From: Vicugna vicugna
Taxonomy: Eukaryota
NCBI GenBank assembly: GCA_013265495.1
Contig: MU058584.1
Location: 4,780,508-4,844,507 of the forward strand
Reading direction: 5' to 3'
Length of the DNA: 64,000 nucleotides
Shown: piece after piece, positions 27,585-38,057 of the stretch
Position numbering within the stretch: position 1 is the first letter of the stretch
Layout of the letters: every line of letters begins with the position of its first letter
Program-made: the position numbers and the translations under genes
Notes under the pieces: model-generated
Told to the model about the DNA's origin: nothing
The model's database searches: none
What the model saw: only the letters and a program-made list of their open reading frames with translations

Positions 27585-27952
27585 AATAGAAAGAGTTGTG
27601 GTTGCCAGGGACTTGGCTGGGAGGGGGATGAATAGGCAGAGCACAGAGGATTTTTTGGGCAGTGAAATTACTCTGTATGATACTATAATGTAGGATTCAT
27701 GTCCTACATTTGTCCAAACCCAGAGGATGTAAAACACCAGGTGTACAACACCAACACCCCCATGTAAGCTACGGACTCTGGGCGATAATGACGTGTCTGT
27801 AGGTTCACCAGTTGTAGCAAACATACCATTCTGGTGGGGGGTGTGATCATGGGGGAGGCTCGCATGTGCGAAGGCAGGAAATCTCTGTACCATCCTCTCA
27901 ATTATGCTGTGAACCTAAAACTGCTCTAATAAATAAAGTCTGTTAAAAAAAA
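27585..27952 (+). mobile_element. 5'-truncated L1 (L1MC1-like 3' UTR) with poly(A) tail, inserted into an older MLT1 relic
   Basis: atgaataggcagagcacagaggatttt...gctgtgaacctaaaactgctct..aataaagtc plus A tail. TSD aaaagccaccttgc (27571-27584) / aaaagccatcttgc (27953-27966). Confidence 0.85.
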
Positions 27953-29893
27953 AAAAGCCATCTTGCCTTTTATGACCTAGCCCTGGAAGTCATATAGCAT
28001 CGCTTCTGCCAGATTCAAGCGGGAGGGAATGTGGACTCTTCCTTTCGACAGTGGTCAAGCCAGAGTCACACTGGAAGAAGAGCGCATGGGCTGGAAGTGT
28101 TCTAGCAGCCATTTTTGAAACAAAACAAAACATTTAAAGACTCTCTGTGATTCGTGGAGACAGAGGCCCGTAGATAGCTGATAAATTAATAATGTGGTGA
28201 GTTTAGCATTTACATGATTCCGTATACTTGCAATGCAGCAAGCATAAATATTTCAGCGCAATGCACTTAAAATGTAGCAGGGTAGAAAAGCATCTCCTCG
28301 CTTCTGTGGCCCCTAGGGGTGAGTCTTCCCTCTTGTTTCTATCCAAATACCAAAGAAAATGCAAATGTCATCCCCTTCCCTCCAAGTTTTCATGTATGGA
28401 CATCGAAAGCCCTTTAAAAAGGTGGTGGCCTCTAATAACGCGCTAAATTTAGGTGTAGATGTGTTCCCGTCCATCCTGGCCGAGCGCTGTCAGCTATAAT
28501 TTCAGCAGAGCTGCTGGTCACAGAGCCTTTGATGATGTAATCTGTGGACCTAAAAAGTGAAGAGTGGGAGATACATGAAGTTACAAGAAGAAGGCAACAC
28601 AGACGATGCATTTAAATAAAATTTTATGATCCTCAAAGCTGTATTCACCCTTATTTGTAGCGGAGTCTTCTTTTCAATAATTTCCAGTATACGTCCTTCT
28701 GCATAGCACTCCAATGCCTCATAAAATGCTTCCCGTTGGGTAGGACTCTGAATTGTTTCATGTTTATGGGGAGAACGTGAGAGTTTTAAAAATTAATTCC
28801 CAAACCTCATTGTAGTCATTGGTTTAACACTTTGCCCCCCTCCCCACCCATCCAACTCTTTTTGTGGGTTGCTTGGTTAAGCAGCAAACATTGGCTAATT
28901 GGAATTTCAGACCCTTCCTTCTCATATAATAATGTCAGTAATATTAAGAGTAATACCTGGCATTTGTATTGTGCTTGGAAGTTTGCAGGACAGTTTCACA
29001 TTATCTCAACAACTGAGAGACTCACGCAGAGTTGTCCTGAACGCTGCTCGCATTTAAACACTGGTTACTGTGTTCTTGGCTTGTGGCCACGGGCTCCCCT
29101 CCCTGCCTTCCAGGCCATCCTGCACTTGCTGTCAGCACCACCTTCCTAAAGTCCTACTTGGATGTGTCACCCCTCTGCTCAAAACCCTTCAATGACTCAC
29201 TGCTGGTAACGTAAATATAAAGGCCAAATTCCTTAGCCCGCCATTTAAACTTTCCAAGGTTGAGTCAACATACTATTCCAGTCTAATTGTCCATTTATTC
29301 TTTTACATAAAACTTATGCTCCAACCAATCCCCTATTATCCTTTCCACATCTTCGTTTTGGCTCTTATTATAGTTCTTTTCATGTGGAACCATCTTCTTT
29401 CATCTTTTCCTGTTAAACTTTTACTTAACTTTTAACGTCCAGCCCCACATCCATCCTCTCCACGGGGCTTTCTCTGATGACCAGATAGCTCTTCCTCTCT
29501 TTAGCCTCCTATACCATGTTGTTTGCGTGACCCCGACTTCTGATAAAAACAACTGGTTACCTTAAAATGTCTCTACTTTTCCTTATTACGTTATATAGGT
29601 TTATGTCTTAGATAAGGATCCTAGATGTTTCGACAGGTAGAGCCCTGAATCTCAGTATTTGCTATAATAAGACGTCAGTTTTCACTCATGCGACACTGCC
29701 GTGTGGCTTCCCTGTTGGAAGAAGCCATGTGGTGGCTCTGCTATCTTAAATACAATCTCGTTGGTTTCCTGAGGCCAGGGCCTGGGACGTTACTGAGCAG
29801 GGATGCCGTACACCCTGCAAGGTGCAGACAGTCCCACGCAGAGACGCTCTGTCCTACCCCCAAAGCCAGTGTTGCCCCCCTTGAGAAACAATG

Positions 29894-30505
29894 TGTCACA
29901 CCAAACTAGAACAGGGCTGCCTTCCTTACGTCCATCCTGGGCTTTCTTCATGAGACCTGTGACTCGTGTGTTTCTGCCTCTCCTTGACCAAACTCTAGCC
30001 CTTTCTCTCTGAGCCCTTTCTCAGCAAGGCCTCAACCTTGGTCTATAAAGCTTTAAACAAAACACTAACATGGTTTCTAACAGCTCAAGAACACATCCCT
30101 AGGGTGGCTAGTCCCCCTTAAAGCTTTTGCCTAAGAAAACTCAAGACTGCCAAGAGAGTTGACTGCTCCAGCCAACACCTGAAGGTAGAGTCTGTGTCCC
30201 AGCCTCTGTGGGATGTAGGAGCTTGGCTTCAATAAGCACCAGTTAGCAAACCTGGATGGGATTCACACGGATCAACCTCGCCTTCCATTTTTTTTTTTTT
30301 TTGGTGCAAGTTTTCACTTCCCTGACTCTACCGAGCCCCTGCTCATCCCCTCCCTCCTTATTCCCTTATTTTCCCATTAAAATGCCCAGTCACCTCTGTA
30401 CAAATGAAAGTTAAGTTTGCGCTGGACTCTCTTCCCTATCGCAATAGTATATAGTTGATTCAAATTTGTCCCTTAACTAGTCCTTGCTTTTAACTCTCTT
30501 TGGCA
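29894..30505 (+). mobile_element. Older solo LTR (MER31-like)
   Basis: Starts tgtcacacc and ends ctttggca. aaaatgcccagtcacctctgtacaaat..aagtt...gctggactct..cctatcgcaatagt recalls the MER31 group. No TSD recognised. Confidence 0.55.
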
Positions 30506-30579
30506 CCTATCAGTGCTGCCGAGACTGTCTTGGCATTTTTGGCAGCATTTACCAGGTGATTAAAATGCATAGGTTTCCT

Positions 30580-30699
30580 GGGGGAGGGTATAGCTCAGGG
30601 GTAGAGAGCATACTTAGCATGTATGAGGTCCTGGGTTCAATCCCCAGTACCCTCTCTATAAAAATAAATAAACCTACAAAAAAAGAAACCCACAAAAAA
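30580..30699 (+). mobile_element. tRNA-Ala-derived SINE (Vic-1-like)
   Basis: A-box tagctcaggggtag, B-box gggttcaatccc, A-rich tail; TSD tgcataggtttcc at 30566-30578 and 30701-30713. Confidence 0.92.
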
Positions 30700-31680
30700 C
30701 TGCATAGGTTTCCCCCCACATCAACTGCTATTAAGCCAAATTTGCACATCCTGTATCTGTGTGGTCAACTTAAAAAAAAAAAATCTACTTGCAGGATCTT
30801 AGTCTTTTCTCTTACAAGAGAAGTCTGTTGAATTCTAGCCTGTTGAATTATTTTGGGGTGAAATCCTGCCATATAATGCATTATCAGTCCTCCCCAGTCT
30901 ATCCTGTATACGATTTGATCAGCGTGTCTCAAAGTTTTCCTCCTATGTATTAACAGAAAATATTCAACAGGGCACAGATGAGCTCTGAGATTTGTAACTA
31001 CCAGAAACCACTTTCTTGGATAAGAGAGGTGATTTCTTCATTAATTCTCAGTTAGCTAGAAAATCGAATTAAACCTTCCAGTCCCTGACCTTTCTTATTA
31101 ACTGCAAAGTTCATAGCATTATTGTTAAAGGTTTGAAGGAGTCTTGTTGGACTGTTCCCAATTTGGGGCATACATAATACACGACAAGTGCTGCTTCTGG
31201 GGCTTTGAACTTGCAGACGGACCACAACCAACCATCAGGCATATGAAATCAGGTTGAAGCTATTTTTCCTGAATGTCTGTTTCCAGTGGATCTGCAGGTT
31301 CCTCTCCAGCCCATCCTGGTGGAAGCCACATACATCATGGTGATAGTTCACATCTCCTGGAGATTTCAGCTCGTGGATTTAAAATTGCTTTCCCTCCCTC
31401 AACAGTCCTGGTTTTAGTGCTCAGACGTCTCTGTAGGGGATTGAGGAACCCAGAGAAAATCACACTGTTTATGTTTCTCTGCCTGTGCAGCACGTCCACC
31501 TCCTCCACTTACTCACCAGGGGAGGACATGGGGGAAGGACACGAGATGCAGGTGGGAGGGAGACGTCACCGGAGGACAACTGGAAAGGTTTGCTGAAAGT
31601 AGGAGAAAGTGCTGGTCACACTGACTTTGACCTGGATGGGGTGGGAGAGCCGGTGCCATCGTCCCGTTTTCTGCCCCTGG

Positions 31681-31709
31681 GTGTGTGTGTGTGTGTGTGT
31701 GTATGTGTG
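31681..31709 (+). repeat. (GT)n dinucleotide microsatellite
   Basis: About 14 GT units with one interruption. Confidence 0.9.
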
Positions 31710-32999
31710 GTCTGTCTCCTTAAATCAGAGCCTAGGAGCTGAAACAGTTCAGAGCCAACCGTGTGACCCAGAACTCTGCGCGATCCCCCACCCTCACCGC
31801 CTTGCAGGATTAGGCCCAGAAGCCCGCAATTCTTCATCTCTGGCCCACCGACTGAACGAACACCCGCTAGCTGTCCTTGCCGCTTTACCGCATCAACTTC
31901 GAGGGCTGACACTAGGTGGCAGCAAAGCGCCGATTCACCAACCTCTCTGCGTCCCTGCTGCCTTCTGACGCAGAACTTAAAAAAAAAAAAAAAAGTGATA
32001 CTGCAGGCTTTCCTTTTAGAGAAAGAGCCACCCATGCAAAACTAGCAGTTTTAAAGAGAGCCATGGCAGTAACTGAAAAGTCGTCAGGATGAAAGCTGCC
32101 TTCTGAACAGGAGAGGCAAACAACCAAAACAAAAACCCAACGGAAACCCCTAAACCAAGTCATCACATATGAAACCCCTCTGCGAATACAATGCAGTCTT
32201 GCTCCTGCTGCTCCGAGGCTGACAACTGGATGGCAGGTGTGCAAGGAGATAGAGTTTGTGGTTTTCAGAGGCCCTTTCTCCGGGCAGCTTGACGGTTAAA
32301 ACGTGAAGTTTTCCTGAACGTTGCTGGCTCAGCATGTTTTACTGACGGCCAGCTTCTGATCCATGCCTGCAGGGTCTGCGGCATCAGTGTCTTGTAGATA
32401 ATATATGAGTCCCAGGCAGATGTCAGGATGGGGCTTTCTAATTGGCAAGGATGAGCTCAGGAGGAAGATGCTGAATACTTTGAAGGCAGAATAGATGATT
32501 CAGCCCATCACATGACACAACTCTGCTGCAAGTTGCATCCCAGAGGAAGAAAAAGGACAAATAGGGAGAGAGGAGGCAGTGAAAACAAGAGCATCCTGCT
32601 AGGGTCCAGAACACCTGAGTCCTATCTCCCAAAGGCCAAATGGTTCTTAGAATTCAGTAAACCCACCCCCATCATCCCTGCCTCCCACTCCCACCCTCAT
32701 GAGCTGTTAATTCAACAGAATTTTTCTTGGAGTGCTGTCAAAGTCCTTTAAGAAGTCAGCCTGTTTCAGCTGAGACTGTCACACTTGCAAAAGCAATCTT
32801 CTTGCTGAAGACGGGTTTTTTAGCTTGTTTGAAAGCTATTCATGCGGCTCCAGAGATGGCAGGCAAACTCCAAAAGGCTGCGGAGAAGCCAGAATCAGAG
32901 CAAGGCGTGTAACCCTCAGATACCTCTTCTTTTTCTCTTTCACCATCGTCTAAGTAGCCCTGAATTTCAGCGGCCGTTGAGAGCTGTCAGTATCCAGAG

Positions 33000-34450
33000 A
33001 GTGAGAAACCGACATTGCTCACCGCCTGCTGAGAGGTGCACAGTGCTCACGGGGTGGGGGTGGGGGCAGCAGTTCGGAGAAGCCAAGAATAGGGAACAGG
33101 ACAAGGATCCGCAGAAGCCAGGCCACAGGAGTGAGCCCTTGAGGGAAGAAGACACTTACTCAATTCCATCATTAACCTATTCAAATGCACATATTCCCCC
33201 TGAAGGCAGAGCTGTAGGAAACTGCACTGGCTTGCCAGGCCAGGTCTGGGCAGGCTGGTGTGAGTACCCCTCAGTAAGAGTCACTTGGAAGCCCTGGTTG
33301 CTAGAGAACTCCTGGATCCCCACCAGACAGCATGTCCAAGCGGGGACTGACTGTTGCCCATTTGAAGCCATCGCTTCTTTGTGATTTTCAGGGGATAAGG
33401 GCTTGGGCTCCCTCCACACTCCACAATGTAGTCTATGCAGGTACTTGGAGCCGGGCCCAGATCCACACGCCTGAGGAACTAGTACCCAAGGCCCACTCAA
33501 GGGGTGTGTAGTGTGCACGTGTGTGCAGCGTGGTTCAAGGCAGCCTGGGATCCGGAACAGGGCGAGCTTCCAGAGAGTCTTGGTCTTGGTATCTGGTTCT
33601 GACAACAACCAGGTTTCTGCCTTATACCGAACCCTAACTCACTCATTGGAGAACATTCCTCCTTAGGCAGAGCTGGAGGGAAGCTGCTGCCTGGCCAGCT
33701 AGCCAGCTTATCCCCCCGTGCTAGAAACCTGGGAGCCCTGTAGGGTTGTTGGGGAGACCTGGGTTCCATCAGGCGAGTCCAAATGGGGACTATCTGTTGT
33801 CCATTTCTAGCTGCCGCCTCAGAGTGATTTGTGGGGCATGTGCATCCTTCATCCTGGAGGCTATGAAAGTGTTGGGGCCTGGTGATAGCGCCACAGACAG
33901 ACCCGGGGAGCCCTGGCTGCCAAAGGCTTGCTGAAAGGGTGCATACTGCACATGCGCGTTCCGCAAGGTTCAAGGTAGCCAGCGATCTGGCACAGGGCAA
34001 GGGTTCAAAGACGTCCCGTCAAAGGTGTGAGTTCTTGGGGGAAACAAGACATCTGCCTAATACCAATCCATAAGCTACTCAAGGGTACATATTTCCCTCA
34101 AGGCAGAGCGAAAAAACCTCGACTGCCTCTCCTGGGCGGGACCTGGCGGCTGGCTGGGGTATCCTCGCTAAGACACTTCTGGGAGCCCTGGTTGCTGGGG
34201 TAGCCTCAGGTCACATCATGATGCATCAACTACAAATGAGGTCAGACTGTCGCCAATTTGCAGCTGACACCTCTGAGGGATTTGCTAGGGCTGGGCTCCT
34301 ACACCCTGGAGAAAGGCAGGCTTTGGGGCATGCGCCTCGCACTGACCTGGAAGAACCGGGCTGCCCAAGGCCTTCTGAAGGGATGTGTACTGCGCATGTG
34401 CTTGCAGCTCCGGTCGGGGGAGCCAGGGATCTGGAACAGGGTATGAGTTA
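33000..34450. repeat. Diverged ~440-460 bp tandem repeat, about 3.3 copies
   Basis: Colinear anchors: aggcagagc at 33204/33665/34101; gg(a/g)agccctg at 33287/33731/34181; gatc(c/t)gg(a/c)acaggg at 33549/33984/34428, with a further ggaacagg at 33093. Confidence 0.8.
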
Positions 34451-36125
34451 GGTTAAGTGCTGAGAAAAGCTACGTCTTAGGGGTGGACTCTTGGGTGAAT
34501 AAGGCATCTACCTAATTCCAGTTCCTCAGACACCGAAGCCCAGTCCTTGGTTGGGTGGCTTAAACTGTTCCAAGTTTACCACAGTTAGATCCTGGGTACA
34601 CATTCATGATGATAATGGATGGAGATGCTGTGGACCATGGTAAGATAAATTAAAACCAAATTGAAAATTGAGCAGTAAGTTGGTTAATTTGCCACTATGT
34701 TTTCCCTCACAGTCTCCTCTGTTTCCTGATTTTTAAACATAGTTTTAATTTTTTCCCTGGAATATCAAACTTAGCATGCTTATTGTAGAAAAAAAAGGGA
34801 ATCTTATTTATGAAAAACCACACAGATGCTCTCATAGTTCAAAAGACACAGTGGAAATGACCGGGGAGACTGGAAAAAAAGAGGAGATTGAGCACAAACC
34901 ATTGTGGCATGTTTTTCATTTTGGGGGCTCTGAGCAAATTGCTGGGCGCTGCTAAGGAGCAAACTCTTTTTCTATCCCCAATTCTCCCTTTGCTGGACGT
35001 TGTAAAACCATGTGAGGGGTGCAAAAGGCACCACCGTACTGGGGGCAGGGCAGACCTGGTTTGAAGCTCTGGCTCTCTGTTGCTGTGGTGAGCGGTTTGG
35101 CATAATTTGTAAAGCTTGCTGAGCCTTTGCCTCCTCATCTAGAGAGTGGGGGATAATAATGCCTGATCGGCAGGGCTATTGTGAGATCAAAGGGAGATGA
35201 TGCTTCATATGCCTGGCACTCTGCAGGGAGTGGCTCTGAAACAGAAGCAAGTGGGCTCCATCTCCTGTCTAATATCAGAGTAGGCGTCAGGATGTTACAC
35301 AGTTGCCTGGTCCTGGGATCTGTTGGGAGACTCACTGCCCTCCCTCGATCAGAACTCCTAGTGCGTGGGCTGGAGATGTGGCTCCTCCTCTCCGTGTGAG
35401 GCTCACGTCTATGCAGTCACTTCGTTACCTGTCGTCCCAGCAGCACAAAGGTCGAGTTGGGAAGAATTCCCTTCTCCTTCCGTGCTCTTCTCTTTGGCTC
35501 CATGATTTGTACTTACTTTTTCCTCTGGACATGGCACCCTTCGTTTGAACTAAGCCTGGCTATTGCCTGTTTAAAAATGTGATTTTTGCATGTGTTTTAG
35601 GGAGAAGAAGGCATCTGAGAGCCACAGGAGATTCACCCAGCTCCCTAAGCCCACGAGATACCCGATCTCAGTGCCCTCTGCCCTGGCACATTGCTCCCTC
35701 TCCATGATGTGTCAAACAGGGGCCGCTCCTTTTTGTGATCTCCTGGAGGGGAAGAAGAGATCTGTTAAACTCTTGCAGAACTAGCCTAGGAGGGTAAGGT
35801 GACCATGTTAGAAAAACAGTAATTGTATTTTCAGAAATAGCGTGAGAATCCAGGGGCGAAGCAGATACTCAACATCCATTTTTACTGAGAGATGAAGTCA
35901 AGTAATTTTAAATTTCAAGAAGGAATCTAACTTAGGTGGTTCTATCTAAGTGATGCTTACGATGTCTGCCACTGGGGCAGCCCCAACCCGTGCACAGGCG
36001 GTTTAACCCTCCAAGAGTCATAGAAAATGACTTTAAAAATGATCATTGAAATTTAATCCCAAAGAGCTTTACCAACTCTTGTCTTTATAGGCGGTATAGT
36101 TTTCTTACTGTAAAAAGCACTTCTG

Positions 36126-36249
36126 GGGTTGGATATAGCTCAGAGGTAGAGCACATGCTTAGCGTGCATGAGGTCCCGGGTTCAATCCCCAGCACCTCCA
36201 TTAAATAAATAAATAAATAAATAAACAAACCGAATTACCTACCTCCCTC
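36126..36249 (+). mobile_element. tRNA-Ala-derived SINE (Vic-1-like)
   Basis: tagctcagaggtagagcacatgcttagcgtgcatgaggtcccgggttcaatccccagcacctcca + (TAAA)n + aattacct; flanking cacttctg at 36118-36125 and 36250-36257. Confidence 0.9.
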
Positions 36250-37755
36250 CACTTCTGAAGTGGCAAAGAAAATACAACAGGGTTAGAGAAAATTTAGTAA
36301 AATTACAAAAACTGCTTTCAGTCCTCTCACTTTGCTTAACTATTCTAATTTTTCCATAGTATCCTCCTTGTGCATACACATATCGATTTAATTGCAATCA
36401 ACTTGAATATTATTTGGAAATGTAGAAGGTCTCGTTTTACACTGTGCAATCTTCCCCATATTCTAATAGACTTTCATTATAATTTTGATTTCTATGTAAT
36501 ATTCCATCTTGCTCATGTATCAAAATTTATTAAATCATTATCAGAATGTTGGATGCATTTGGCTTTTCAACAGATTTTTCTGAGTGCATAATATCTACCT
36601 GGTACTGTCCAGGGCTGGCATTTTTCTGTTGCCATAAACAGCTTTCGGCCTAGATGCTTTTTCATTCTCTTTGTTTCCTTAGGGTAGCTTCCGTGGAGTG
36701 GGACGACTGGGCTGAAAGTTGTGAAATTTTTCTGACCCTTGCTTTGCATTAATGATCTAAAATGTCCGTACCAGTGTATCTTGTGACAAGCAACAAACGA
36801 GCACACTAATTTTGCCCTACGCTGACCAGCATTAAGTATTACCATTTTTTGACTGTTTTTCCAAAGGCATCATTTCCGACAGCAGAAGTCTAAAATGGTC
36901 TGGAGAAAGCAGGGTTTACTGCTAAGTCTCCTGTTTCCAGGCTATGCTTATATAACAACAGTGAGGTCTTAAACAGGTAATTATGCTGCCTTTTATTTTT
37001 TTTTACTGCAGACTATGTCTTGTTTTTTTTTCTCTTGAGGGGAAATGTTTAGCCGTTGACTCAGATTCATATCATCCCTTTGCTTTGACACCTCCAACAA
37101 GTTCCTTGAAGACAGACCATATGAAGGGAGAGGTGAGCTGGTGGTAGGTTTGGGGGTGGTGAGGTGAACTTAACCAGTGACTCAAAACAGAGCATCACCA
37201 AGTCAGGGAGAAGCCAAGTCTGGCACCTGGTGTGGGGGCTTCCTCTGCGGGTCCTCCCACTCAGGTTACTGCCTGCAGGAGGCGCCTTGAAAGAAAAGGC
37301 AAAAATATTGTTTTCAATACCTAGAAAAAAAGCACTTTAGGTTGGGCAAGCTTCTCAAAATTGCTGAGCTTGATAGAAAAGGCTTTTAAAATCTTGTTTG
37401 GATCCAGAAATCCTCACTCTACAGAGCAGCTGATTCAAGAGTAAAAAAAAAATTAATCTTCTCTTATGATGCTCTTATCACATTTATTCATGCATATTTA
37501 TCCCCCCCACCCCAGTGTATTTCATAAAGGGTCTGATACAAGTTGTCTTTTCTCCAGAGGGAGAATGGAAAACAAAAAAGAGTCTGGCCGCTCTCAACCC
37601 AGGCCAGGCAGCGGTGAGCTCCGTGGACGAAAAATGCAGATATGACTTCAGAGTTTTTGCAGAAAACGATGGGAAATCACCGAGAGCTTCGGGCAAATGA
37701 GCAAGCTATTGACACAGATCATATTAAAAAACCCATTTCTGAAAGAGGCTCAAGA

Positions 37756-38057
37756 CAGGCACACCTCATTTTAGTGTGCTTAGCTTTACGTGCTTCACAA
37801 ATGTTGCAGTGTTTTGCAGGTTGAAGGTTTGTGGCAACTCTGCGTTGTCAGATGATGGTTAGCATCTTTTAGCAATAAGATATTTTTAAATTGAGGTATG
37901 CAGATTGTTTTTAAGACAGAGTGCTATTGTGCACTTAGTAGACTTCAATATAGCATAAACATAATTTTTATATGCACCGGAAAAACCAAAAAACTTGTGT
38001 GACTACCTAATTGTGGTGATCTGGAACTAAACTTTCAGTATCTACGAGGTATGCCTG
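37756..38057 (+). mobile_element. Internally deleted Tigger1 (TcMar-Tigger) element, ~300 bp
   Basis: Terminal inverted repeats caggcacacctc / gaggtatgcctg with TA on the right. ttgaaggtttgtggcaac (Tigger1 5' part) is joined to tcagatgatggttagcat (3' part). Confidence 0.85.

Noticed and set aside
32842..34451. Long ORFs (180, 143, 167 aa) across the tandem array as a repeat protein
   Set aside because: Units differ by frame-breaking indels and the ORFs lie on both strands with no consistent frame, as expected of GC-rich non-coding DNA.
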